Assembly: GCF_000091665.1 (NCBI RefSeq)
Contig: NC_000909.1
Coordinates: 1,247,459-1,279,458, forward strand
Direction: 5' to 3'
Origin: Methanocaldococcus jannaschii DSM 2661
Lineage (GTDB): Archaea; AGJL01; Methanococci; Methanococcales; Methanocaldococcaceae
DNA length: 32,000 bases
Positions within the stretch are counted from its first letter, which is position 1. Each line of letters opens with the position of its first letter. Both the position numbers and the translations under genes were made by a program. Below, in pieces: positions 9,858 to 19,587 of this stretch. The notes beneath the pieces were generated by a model that worked only from the letters and a program-made list of their open reading frames with translations, did no database searches and was not told where the DNA came from.

Positions 9858-10823
9858 ATGACTATAGCATTTGGACCAGTTCCATCAAGGAGGTTAGGGA
9901 AGAGTCTAGGGATAAATAGCATTCCATGTAAGTTTTGTAGTTATGATTGTGTATATTGCCAAGTTGGAAGAACCATAAACAAAACTATAGAGAGGAGAGA
10001 GTTTTATAGTCCAGAAGATATTTTTAAGTCAGTAGAGGAGAGGATAGGTAAGCTAAATAATGAGAAAATTGACTACCTCACTTTTGTTGCAGATGGAGAG
10101 CCAACATTAGATATAAATTTATCAAAAGAAGTTGAAATGCTTAGAGATTTTGACATTCCAATAGCAATAATTACAAACTCTTCATTAATTTGGAGGGAAG
10201 ATGTTAGAAATGACATATTAAACTTTGATTTAGTATCTTTTAAGGTTGATTCTGTTGATGAAAAAATTTGGAGAGAAATAAATAGACCTCATAAAGATTT
10301 GGTGTTAGATAAAATCTTAGAAGGAATGATAGCTTTTAGAGATAACTATAAAGGAGAGTTGATAACTGAAACGATGATTTTAGGAAGTATAAAATATACA
10401 GAGGAATCTATAATCAAAACAGCAGAATTTTTAAAAGAATTAAATCCAAATAAATGCTATTTAAATACTCCAATAAGGCCACCATCTGAAAAATATATAA
10501 AACCTCCTAAAATAGAAGTTATAACTAAAATATTAGCCATATTTAATGAAATTATTGGTAAAAATAAAATTAAACTCTTAGGGAAATTTGAAGGAAATGA
10601 ATTTATATTCTCTGAAAATGTTGAAGAGGATATATTGGCTATAACTTCCGTTCATCCAATGAGAGAGGAAGTTATTAAAGAATTGTTAAATAAATCAAAT
10701 ATTAGCTTTGATATTATAAATAAAATGGTAAATGAGGGAAAACTAATAAAATTAGAATATGATGGAAAAGTATTCTATATGAAAAATATTAAAAGTAGGG
10801 ATAAAAATGTATCTAACCCATAG
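9858..10823 (+). CDS. Radical SAM protein (Elp3/MiaB-NifB superfamily)
   Basis: CSYDCVYCQVGRT cluster motif and GEPTLD motif. The last codons and the stop lie in the direct repeat and element C. Confidence 0.82.
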   Translation: MTIAFGPVPSRRLGKSLGINSIPCKFCSYDCVYCQVGRTINKTIERREFYSPEDIFKSVEERIGKLNNEKIDYLTFVADGEPTLDINLSKEVEMLRDFDIPIAIITNSSLIWREDVRNDILNFDLVSFKVDSVDEKIWREINRPHKDLVLDKILEGMIAFRDNYKGELITETMILGSIKYTEESIIKTAEFLKELNPNKCYLNTPIRPPSEKYIKPPKIEVITKILAIFNEIIGKNKIKLLGKFEGNEFIFSENVEEDILAITSVHPMREEVIKELLNKSNISFDIINKMVNEGKLIKLEYDGKVFYMKNIKSRDKNVSNP

Positions 10824-10935
10824 GGCTTCGCCCTATTGGGATACCCAGAGCGGGGCTTCACTACATTCAGCCCTACTGTAATCTATTTTTAATCAGATTT
10901 TTAGTAAAAATTTGAGGGATAAAAATGTATCTAAC
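10797..10935. repeat. 21-bp perfect direct duplication flanking element C
   Basis: agggataaaaatgtatctaac at 10797-10817 and at 10915-10935. Confidence 0.9.
10818..10914. other. Palindromic element C (left half well preserved)
   Basis: ATAGGGC-TTC-GCCCTAT hairpin (10820-10836) followed by TGGGATACCCAGAGCGGGG, matching element B's TTGCTATACTCCAGAGCGGGG. Confidence 0.75.
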
Positions 10936-12136
10936 TAAAGAAGAAGAGAAAATATTAGATGGAGAATATGGAGAGGTTTTAAGAAGATGTATGAATTTAT
11001 TAGTTTCTTTGGGAGATATTTATGGAGCTGATAAGCTAATCCCTATAAGCTCAGCTCAAATTTCTGGAGTTTCATACAAAACTATTAAAGATATTGGTTT
11101 AGAGTTTTTGGAAGATTTTGCTAAAGAAGATGTTAAAGTTAAGGTCTATGCCACTTTAAACCCAGCTGGAATGGATTTAGATATATGGAGAGAGCTTGGC
11201 ATTGATGAGAAGTTTGCCAAAAAGCAGTTGAGAATTATTGAAGCATTTAAAAAGATGGAAGTTGAGATAAGTTGCACTTGCACGCCCTATTTAACTGGAA
11301 ACCTTCCAAGATTCGGAGAGCATATAAGTTGGGCCGAAAGCTCAGCTGTGAGCTTTGCAAACTCTGTCTTAGGAGCTAAGACAAATAGAGAAGGTGGGCC
11401 ATCAGCATTAGCAGCTGCAATTATTGGAAAAACACCATATTATGGATATCACTTAGATGAAAATAGAAAGACAACACATATCATTGAGTTAGATGGACAA
11501 TTAATCTCTAACTTTAAATATGGAGAGAGTTTTTATGGAGCTTTAGGTTACTTAGTTGGGAAGATTGTTAAGAATGGCATTCCATATTTTGAAAATCTAT
11601 ATAAATTAAATCCAAATAACGATAATTTAAAATCCTTGGGAGCTGCAATGGCTGCAAGTGGTGGTATCGCCTTATATCACGCAAAAAACTTGACAGCTGA
11701 ATGCAGAGTTAAAGAAGTTGTTAATGATAAAATTGAAAAGATATCTATTGGAGTTGAGGAGATAAAGGAAGCTTATGAAAAATTAAATACAACAAATGAA
11801 GAGCCAGATTTAATTTGTATTGGTTGCCCTCACTGCAGTTTAATGGAAATTAAAAAAATTGCTGAACTTTTAAAAAATAAAAAATTGAATGCTGATTTAT
11901 GGGTTTGCTGCTCTCTTCATATTAAAGCAATAGCAGATAGAATGGGATATACAAAGATTATTGAAAAAGCTGGTGGAAAGGTAGTTAAAGACACCTGTAT
12001 GGTTGTTTCTCCAATTGAGGATTTAGGTTATAAAAGAGTTGCAACAAACTCTGGAAAAGCTGCTGTTTATCTACCAAGCTTTTGTAAGAGTGAAGTAATT
12101 TTTGGAGATATTGAGGAATTGTTAAAAGGGAGATAA
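10925..12136 (+). CDS. AcnX (DUF521-type) dehydratase, phosphomevalonate dehydratase large-subunit-like
   Basis: YLTKEEEKILDGEYGE, TCTPYLTGNLPRFGEHISWAESSAVSFANSVLGAKTNREGGPSALAAAIIGKTPYYGYH. Confidence 0.8.
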   Translation: MYLTKEEEKILDGEYGEVLRRCMNLLVSLGDIYGADKLIPISSAQISGVSYKTIKDIGLEFLEDFAKEDVKVKVYATLNPAGMDLDIWRELGIDEKFAKKQLRIIEAFKKMEVEISCTCTPYLTGNLPRFGEHISWAESSAVSFANSVLGAKTNREGGPSALAAAIIGKTPYYGYHLDENRKTTHIIELDGQLISNFKYGESFYGALGYLVGKIVKNGIPYFENLYKLNPNNDNLKSLGAAMAASGGIALYHAKNLTAECRVKEVVNDKIEKISIGVEEIKEAYEKLNTTNEEPDLICIGCPHCSLMEIKKIAELLKNKKLNADLWVCCSLHIKAIADRMGYTKIIEKAGGKVVKDTCMVVSPIEDLGYKRVATNSGKAAVYLPSFCKSEVIFGDIEELLKGR

Positions 12137-13059
12137 TGCTGAATCCAATAATCTTATTTTTGGCTATTATTTTTGATAGAATCATTGGGGAGTTGCCAGA
12201 GAGTATTCATCCAACGGTTTGGATAGGGAAGTTGATAGCTTTTTTAGAGAACATATTTAAATCTACAAATTGCAAAAATAAATATAGAGATTTTTTGTTT
12301 GGCTCACTAACAACATTTATTACTCTATTAGTTGTGGGAGTTATAGCTTTTTTTGTTGATAAATGCATAATGCTGTTACCATTTCCTTTAAACTATATTA
12401 TCTATGGTTTTTTGTTATCAACAACTATTGGCTACAAATCATTATTCGAATTCTGCAAAAAGCCGATTGAATATATAAAAAATGGTGATTTAGAGGGAGC
12501 AAGGAAAGCTGTTCAGCATATAGTTAGCAGAGATGCCTCAAAGTTGGATAAAGAGCATGTATTATCGGCTGCAGTAGAGAGCTTATCCGAGAACATAACA
12601 GACAGTATAATTGGAGCTTTATTCTATGCTATATTTTTTGGTTTGCCTGGAGCCTTTGTTTATAGGGCGATAAATACATTAGATGCAATGATTGGTTATA
12701 AAAATGAGAAATATCTATGGTATGGGAAGTTAGCAGCAAGGTTGGATGATATTGCCAATTTTATTCCTTCAAGAATAGCAGGGATTTTGCTAATAATTAC
12801 TGCCCCATTTTATAAAGGAGATGTTAAAAAGGCAATATATGGGTTTTTAAAAGAAGCTAATAAGGTTCCATCACCAAACTCTGGTTATACAATGGCTACA
12901 TTGGCAAATGCATTAAATATAACTTTGGAGAAGATAGGATATTATAAACTTGGTAGTGGGAAAATAGATGTTGAAAAATCTTTAAACGCTTTTAAGGCAG
13001 TTGATTATACAGTCGTTGTGTTTTTAATTATTTATACTTTAATTTGGTGGATAACATGA
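12136..13059 (+). CDS. cobD: Adenosylcobinamide-phosphate synthase CobD/CbiB
   Basis: DRIIGELPESIHPTVWIGKLI, VSRDASKLDKEHVLSAAVESLSENITDSIIGALFYAIFFGLPGAFVYRAINTLDAMIG. Confidence 0.92.
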   Translation: MLNPIILFLAIIFDRIIGELPESIHPTVWIGKLIAFLENIFKSTNCKNKYRDFLFGSLTTFITLLVVGVIAFFVDKCIMLLPFPLNYIIYGFLLSTTIGYKSLFEFCKKPIEYIKNGDLEGARKAVQHIVSRDASKLDKEHVLSAAVESLSENITDSIIGALFYAIFFGLPGAFVYRAINTLDAMIGYKNEKYLWYGKLAARLDDIANFIPSRIAGILLIITAPFYKGDVKKAIYGFLKEANKVPSPNSGYTMATLANALNITLEKIGYYKLGSGKIDVEKSLNAFKAVDYTVVVFLIIYTLIWWIT

Positions 13060-14129
13060 TAAGTAAAGCTTATTACACTACAGAGATTCCAGAGGATAGA
13101 TTTGAAGCTCTGAGTTGTATTAAAGATAGTCAAAAACCTCTTAAAATTATATTACTTGGAGGAGTTGATAGTGGTAAAACAACATTAGCTACTTTTTTGG
13201 CAAATGAGCTTTTAAACTTAGGATTTAAAGTTGCTATAGTCGATAGTGATGTAGGGCAGAAGAGCATTTTACCTCCAGCAACTATAAGCTTAGCTTTCCC
13301 AGAAACAAATTTTAACAATTTATATGAAATTAAACCATACAAAAGTTATTTCGTTGGTTCAACAGCCCCAATACAATTTTTTGGAGAGATGATTACTGGA
13401 ACTAAATTATTGTGTGATTATGCTGAAGATAAGGCTGATATTATTATAGTTGATACCACTGGGCTGATATCTGGTTCTGGAGCTGATTTAAAGAGGATGA
13501 AAATAGAAATGATTAAGCCAGATATTATAATAGCATTGGAGAAAAGAAATGAACTTAAGAGTATTTTAAAGCCCTTTGAAAATAAAATCAGGGTTTTTTA
13601 CTTAAAAGTTTATGAAAATGCAAAATCATTCAGCAGAGAGGAAAGAAAAGAAATTAGAGCAGAGAAATGGAAAGAATACTTTAAAAACTCAAAAATTTAT
13701 AATATTGGTTTTAATGATGTAGTTATTGGTGGAACCAAGGTATTTCAAGGAGAGAAGATTTTAGAGGATGAGAAATACTTATTAGAATCACTTTTTAAGT
13801 GGAAGATACTTTATGGTAGCAAATGCGATGGAAGATATACAATAGTAAAAAGAGATTTGGTAAATATGCCAAGGCAAATAGATAAAAACATCCTATATTA
13901 CATTGAGCCAGAGCGGTTTAACAATTTAATAGTTGGATTGATTGATGAAGATAGCTTTTGCATTGGATTAGGTATTTTAAAAACTATTGATTTTGAGAAT
14001 GAAACATTAGAAATTTTAACTCCAATAAGTGAAGAGGATATTAAAAATATTAGAGAAATAAGGTTTGGAAGGATTAGAGTTGATGAAAATGGTGAGGAAC
14101 TTGGCTTATTAGATAGAGATTCTATATAA
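13044..14129 (+). CDS. Clp1/Grc3-like polyribonucleotide 5'-hydroxyl kinase
   Basis: P-loop GGVDSGKTTLATFLANELL, AIVDSDVGQKSILPPATISL, VDTTGLISG. Confidence 0.82.
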   Translation: MVDNMISKAYYTTEIPEDRFEALSCIKDSQKPLKIILLGGVDSGKTTLATFLANELLNLGFKVAIVDSDVGQKSILPPATISLAFPETNFNNLYEIKPYKSYFVGSTAPIQFFGEMITGTKLLCDYAEDKADIIIVDTTGLISGSGADLKRMKIEMIKPDIIIALEKRNELKSILKPFENKIRVFYLKVYENAKSFSREERKEIRAEKWKEYFKNSKIYNIGFNDVVIGGTKVFQGEKILEDEKYLLESLFKWKILYGSKCDGRYTIVKRDLVNMPRQIDKNILYYIEPERFNNLIVGLIDEDSFCIGLGILKTIDFENETLEILTPISEEDIKNIREIRFGRIRVDENGEELGLLDRDSI

Positions 14130-14130
14130 A

Positions 14131-14373
14131 TTGGGGATATTTATGCTTAAAGAAATATTAAACAAAATCTTTTGGCATCCTGATTATAAGAGAGAAGATT
14201 TTGAAGTTGTTATATTACATAGAGGGGCTGAAGAAAATAAAAAAGCTATATCTTTAGATGATGTTGAGCTTAAAGGGAATTATTTAATATATTTTGACAC
14301 TTATATACCTCTACATAGAATCTTAGAGATTAGAAATAAAAAAACTGGAGAGATTTTATATAAAAAGAAGTAA
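14131..14373 (+). CDS. MJ1316-like / UPF0248 (DUF504) protein
   Basis: MLKEILNKIFWHPDYKREDFEVVILHRGAEENKKAIS...IPLHRILEIRNKKTGEILYKK; adjacent to the polynucleotide kinase gene. Confidence 0.8.
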   Translation: MGIFMLKEILNKIFWHPDYKREDFEVVILHRGAEENKKAISLDDVELKGNYLIYFDTYIPLHRILEIRNKKTGEILYKKK

Positions 14374-15552
14374 CAAACCTGAAATTATAGCTAAGACACT
14401 TCCATATAAAAATGTCATTTCTGGGCTTATCTTCCACAAATATCCAGCTATTAAACTTGCAGGTAAGCTTGTTAATCCCACAACTGTATAAAACAGCCCT
14501 AAGGCTGTTGCTCTAATATCCTCTGACGATAAATCTGAGACATAAGCTTTCTGATTTCCAGCAAATAATGCATAGGCAATTCCATATAAAGCAAATAACA
14601 ATATTAAGCTTTTTTGAGATATAAAGTAGGCAAATCCTAAAGAGACAATACCATAAACTATATATCCAATAGTTAAAACACTCTTCCTCCCAATTTTATC
14701 AGATAAAATTCCAAATGGAATTGAAAATGTGGCGTAAAAGATGTTGTATAAAATATATAGAGCAATAGGGATTATAATAGCCATTTTTTCATCTACTATC
14801 ATTAAAAATTCCTGAGCTCTCAAAATATAAAACATATAGCTAAAGTTACTTAGGGTAAATATAGCTGAGATTAAAATAAAAAGCTTTAACTCTTTTGGTA
14901 AATTTTTAATCCCTACTCTAAATGTTATTTTATTATTAGAGGGTGAAGGTTTCTCTTTAACAAAATATAGAGGAATTAGGGTTAAAAATCCAATAACCGC
15001 AGCTATTAAAATTATTTGATTGAAACTATATTGAAGATATAGAATAAACAATAATGATAAGGTAGAGCCAAGTATAGCCCCAGCGGTATCAAAAGCTCTC
15101 TGTATTCCAAATCCTTTACCCAAAGTTTTAGGCATACTTTCAGATATTATCGCATCTCTTGGGGCTGTTCTTATCCCTTTGCCCATTCTTTCAAGGGAAG
15201 AAAATATAACAGCTCCTAACCAGCTTTTTGATAAACCTAAGAGTAGTTTAAACATTGAAGATGTTAAATAACCTAAAACAACAAAAATCTTCCTTTTCCT
15301 AACTTTATCTGAACAATAACCAATTAAAACCATTAAAATGTTTGAGATAAACTCTCTTAAACCTCCAACTAAACCTATTGATAAACTTCCTCCCCCAACG
15401 CTTGTAATAAGCATTGGTAAAATTGGCATTATCATCTCACTGCTCATGTCATTCAAAAAGCTTGTAAATCCCAATAAATAAACATTTTTAGATAATTCCC
15501 TATCATTCTCATTATTTTTTTGTAAATTTTGTTCTGCCACTTTTCTCACCAT
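14356..15552 (-). CDS. MFS transporter
   Basis: GFTSFLNDMSSEMIMPILP..., GYCSDKVRKRKIFVVLGY, GILSDKIGRKSVL; about 12 hydrophobic segments. Confidence 0.85.
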   Translation of the reverse strand: MVRKVAEQNLQKNNENDRELSKNVYLLGFTSFLNDMSSEMIMPILPMLITSVGGGSLSIGLVGGLREFISNILMVLIGYCSDKVRKRKIFVVLGYLTSSMFKLLLGLSKSWLGAVIFSSLERMGKGIRTAPRDAIISESMPKTLGKGFGIQRAFDTAGAILGSTLSLLFILYLQYSFNQIILIAAVIGFLTLIPLYFVKEKPSPSNNKITFRVGIKNLPKELKLFILISAIFTLSNFSYMFYILRAQEFLMIVDEKMAIIIPIALYILYNIFYATFSIPFGILSDKIGRKSVLTIGYIVYGIVSLGFAYFISQKSLILLFALYGIAYALFAGNQKAYVSDLSSEDIRATALGLFYTVVGLTSLPASLIAGYLWKISPEMTFLYGSVLAIISGLLLLFI

Positions 15553-15596
15553 AAAAAATAATAAAAATAAACTAAAAAATAAATATAAAAAGTTAA

Positions 15597-17405
15597 TTAA
15601 GCAGAAACTCTTCTTGCTAAGTATCCTCCTGCAAACCCTATTAATCCACCAATTATTGCAGAAATCATTATTCCAACATTATTTTCCTTAGTTGTAGTTT
15701 CTTCAATATTAACATTCTCGTTAGTGACTATATTAATTTCACTGCTGATATTTTCACTGATACTTTTATTCAACTCTTTTATTACATCTATATCCATTTG
15801 GGCGTAGTATGAGCTATATTTATAATACATAATTTTTGAAATGGTATCATTTAAACTATTTGCATATTCATAATAACCAAGGGCTGAGATTGGAGTTATT
15901 CCTAAGTTTTCAGCCAAGTTTATTTTGTTCCTTGCATATTTTTTGGAGTATTCAATATCTCCAAATATAACCAATGGAATCTCTGCCTTTACACAGGTAT
16001 CTATACTCTCAGCTATGGTTAGTAAATAGTCCCCATCCTTATATGCCTCTTTTGCTGATTCTAAATCATTTTCAAGGTCATCAGTAGGTAGATTGGGGAA
16101 TAATGTTTCTACATAAGTTAAGATTGTTTCAGCGTTGTCTAAATACTGCTGAGCTAATGATTTTAATTTAGCTTCATTTATTATCTTGCCATTGTTATCA
16201 TTTTCTTTTAAAGAAACCCACCATATTGCACTATCTCCCCTCAACTTCGCAAAGCTACCATACTTTATCGCTTCATCATAATTTCCTAAATAGTAAGATT
16301 TCCACGCATTATCTAAGAGTTTTTCCGCTTCAGCAATTCTTATCCTTCCTGCCAATATCTCTTCAAAGTTGTTAGTAGTTACATTTTTTGAATAAACAAT
16401 TTCTTTATCATGGCTAATTTTATTTTGAACCTCTGTTAAGAAAGTTTTAACATCTTCCTCTCCAGTTAAGTATTTTAGGGTGTGTTCAATAGTTTCAAGT
16501 TTAATTAATGCGTTAAACGCAGAGCATGTTGCAGAGTAGTATTTGTTTTTTAGATATTCATCATTAGCCTTCTCTAATAAGCTCTTTGAGGTAGTTAGTT
16601 CATTTAACAGGGCTTTTTGATATTCATATCCAACATAACTGTTACTTAACTCTTTAGAGAGGTTTTCATATTTTTCATTAGCTGTTTTTAAAACGTTTTC
16701 ACTTAACTCCTTCATTATGTCTTTATATTTCTCTTCGATAAGTGGATTTTCTGGATATTCCTTCATTATTATCTTTTTATTTGTGAAGTAAGGAATCGCT
16801 TCATATATACTTCCAACTTCTATAACCTTAATTCCCAATTTTTTACCAAATTCTACTGCATCAACTTTGTTGCCCTCTACTTCAACATACCTCTGCCCTT
16901 TTGGGATTAGCATAATTGTGCAGTTTGCTTTCTTAGCAGCTTCTATCTTTTCCAATATCCCTCCAACAGGTCCTATACTACCATCCGGATTTATCGTTCC
17001 AGTCATCATAACATGTTTATTTAAACTCCAGTTCATCAACTCACAGATGATTCCAATAGTCATCGTTCCCCCTGCTGATGGCCCCCCAACAACTGGAACA
17101 TCACTTCTTACTGTGATATATACATTATATTTACTCATATCTTTTCCAGTAACTTCCCCAGCAACTTTTGCAGCGATTCTTGCAGAACCTTGCATATCTA
17201 ATTCAGTTAGAGGCATAGTGTCCATAAATACATGTCCATCTCCCTTCGTAACATTAATTTGAATATTTATTGGAACCCCCACGTATCCTCTATCCGTTAA
17301 AGATACTGCTGGAGCTTTTATAATCACAGCAAAAGCAGAATTTAAAAGAAATGTTATTAATAGCAATGTCAATATTTTTTTCATATTCTCCCTCCAAGTC
17401 TTCAT
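15597..17405 (-). CDS. Secreted or membrane S16 Lon-like protease
   Basis: Catalytic-site context [17 protein letters not shown] and [20 protein letters not shown]; N-terminal signal-like segment ([14 protein letters not shown]) and C-terminal hydrophobic tail. Confidence 0.82.
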
Positions 17406-17496
17406 AAGGATACATTATACTTCAGATAATACTTAAATAATTACTCAGAACAAATATAAAAAATAGTATGAAATTAAAGTATAAAGTAAAAGTAGT

Positions 17497-18975
17497 GTGA
17501 GTTATATGGAAAGAGAAAGCTGGAGCTCTAACTTGGGATTTATATTGGCGAGTGTTGGTTCGGCTATAGGATTAGGAAACATTTGGAGATTTGGATATAT
17601 GGTTTATACGAATGGTGGGGGAGCTTTTTTAATTCCATATATTGTTGCTTTGCTCTGTGTTGGTATCCCATTAATGATTCTTGAATTTGCCATTGGACAT
17701 TATACAAAAAAATCTGCACCCTTAGCTTTGGAAAAATTGCATAAAGGTTCAGAATGGACAGGGTGGTTTGCAGTTATTTCAGGGTTTATTATAACAAGTT
17801 ATTATGTTGTTATTATTGCCTGGTGTCTTTACTATTTGATAATTTTAGTTATCTATGGGTATCCATCAGACCCTAATGCTTATTTCTTCCATAATATACT
17901 TCAAATATCATCTGGTGTAGAGGACATTGGTGGAGTTTCTTATGGAATTTTAGTATCTACCTTAGCTGTTTGGGGAATTGTAGCTTTAATTTTAAGTGCA
18001 GGAATTAAAAATGGATTGGAGAAAGCAAATAAAATAATGATTCCTTTTCTACTGTTTTTAATAATTTTGTTGGTTTTAAACGCACTAACTCTACCAGGAG
18101 CTTTAACTGGGATTGAATGGTATTTAACTCCAGACTTTTCAGCACTCTTTAATTATAACGTGTGGTTAAGTGCATTCTCTCAAATTTTCTTTAGCCTATC
18201 TTTAGGATTTGGAATTTTAATTGCTTATGCAAGCTATCTTCCCAAAAAAAGTGATTTAACAATAAACGCTGTTACTGTATCTCTCTTAAATTGCGGTTTT
18301 TCATTTTTAGCTGGTTTTGCTGTATTTGGAACACTTGGATATATGAGCTATACAAGTGGCATTCCATTAGATAAGGCTGTTTCAGAAGGGATTGGCTTGG
18401 CTTTTGTTACCTTTCCAAAGGCACTGTCTTTATTACCATTTGCAAGTAGATTATTTGGGATAGTATTCTTTTTAGCCTTAGTTTTTGCTGGAATATCCTC
18501 TGCTGTTTCTATCGTAGAGGCAAGTGTATCTGCAATTATAGATAAGTTCTCATTGAGTAGGAAAAAAGCTCTACTTGCTGTATTGGCTTTATTTATTATA
18601 ATTTCACCAATATTTACAACTGGAGCTGGATTATATTATTTGGATATTATTGACCACTTTGCCTCTGGTTATTTGCTTCCAATAGCAGCAATCTTAGAGA
18701 TTATAATAGCCATATGGCTATTTGGTGGAGATAAGCTTAGAGAACATGTAAATAAACTTTCAGAGATAAAGTTGGGAGTTTGGTGGAAGTATTTGGCTGG
18801 AGTTGTGTCTCCAATAATATTAACTGCTGTTGTATTCTTAGATGCCTCTAATGTTTTAACATCTGGTTATGGAGGTTATAAAACAACCTATGTTATATTT
18901 GGGGCTTTAATCATTCCATTGGCGTTTGTTGTAAGTGTAATTCTTCAAAAAATGAAAACGATTAAAGGTTGGTAA
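17497..18975 (+). CDS. Sodium-dependent NSS-family transporter
   Basis: SNLGFILASVGSAIGLGNIWRFGYMVYTNGGGAFLIPYI signature and about 12 TM segments. Confidence 0.93.
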   Translation: MSYMERESWSSNLGFILASVGSAIGLGNIWRFGYMVYTNGGGAFLIPYIVALLCVGIPLMILEFAIGHYTKKSAPLALEKLHKGSEWTGWFAVISGFIITSYYVVIIAWCLYYLIILVIYGYPSDPNAYFFHNILQISSGVEDIGGVSYGILVSTLAVWGIVALILSAGIKNGLEKANKIMIPFLLFLIILLVLNALTLPGALTGIEWYLTPDFSALFNYNVWLSAFSQIFFSLSLGFGILIAYASYLPKKSDLTINAVTVSLLNCGFSFLAGFAVFGTLGYMSYTSGIPLDKAVSEGIGLAFVTFPKALSLLPFASRLFGIVFFLALVFAGISSAVSIVEASVSAIIDKFSLSRKKALLAVLALFIIISPIFTTGAGLYYLDIIDHFASGYLLPIAAILEIIIAIWLFGGDKLREHVNKLSEIKLGVWWKYLAGVVSPIILTAVVFLDASNVLTSGYGGYKTTYVIFGALIIPLAFVVSVILQKMKTIKGW

Positions 18976-18977
18976 TC

Positions 18978-19103
18978 ATGAATCTTGGAGCAATAGCAAT
19001 GTTTATATTTGGTGCTGTAATTTTGTGGGGAGGGGCAATTTATTTTTTATGGAGGTCAATTAGGAGTAAAAATAATAGAGATGATGAAAATAGTGAATCC
19101 TAA
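18978..19103 (+). CDS. Small NSS transporter subunit, MetS-like, 41 aa
   Basis: Translated by hand: MNLGAIAMFIFGAVILWGGAIYFLWRSIRSKNNRDDENSES*. Single TM helix with a basic tail, 2 nt after the NSS transporter stop. Absent from the supplied ORF track. Confidence 0.8.
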   Translation: MNLGAIAMFIFGAVILWGGAIYFLWRSIRSKNNRDDENSES

Positions 19104-19587
19104 TCATGCTTTATTTTTTTTTGCATCATTATATATTTATATGGATTCCATAGATATTATATTTTAGAATTTTACTATTAAGGTTTTTATGGGATTTTTA
19201 ATTTTGTTGTTTGGTTAATGGATTGTCTTGTTGAATATGTTTGGATTTTGAAAATAAGAGTATTTAGAATTTATTAATTAGTTCAAAGGATTTTTATTTA
19301 ATTTCTAAGGGTTAGCTGGTTTGATTGTTTAAAATATTTGAGTTTATTGAATTATTCAGATTTTTAAAAATTAGGATTAATTAGGTAAGTAAATAAGATT
19401 TCTCTAACAGACAAGTTAAATTTTTGAATTTAAGGAGATAAAAATACTCTGTTTTAGTAAAGAGATAAAATTTTAAATACTAAAAGGTTTATATTGTAAG
19501 ATGGTTATTTATCCTTAGAAAAATATGGTATAGAAAAGCTTAAATATTAAGAGTGATGAAGTATATTATGTTGTGAATGATTGCCCT
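19104..19587. promoter_or_regulatory. Candidate CRISPR leader (very AT-rich non-coding region)
   Basis: No credible ORF. It directly precedes the end of the array with unmutated repeats; the opposite end carries degenerate repeats. Confidence 0.5.

Noticed and set aside
11330-11360. AAAGCTCA-GCTG-TGAGCTTT inverted repeat in the AcnX-like gene
   Set aside because: Lies in the conserved motif WAESSAVSFANSVLGAKTNR and lacks the element family's shared motif; probably fortuitous.
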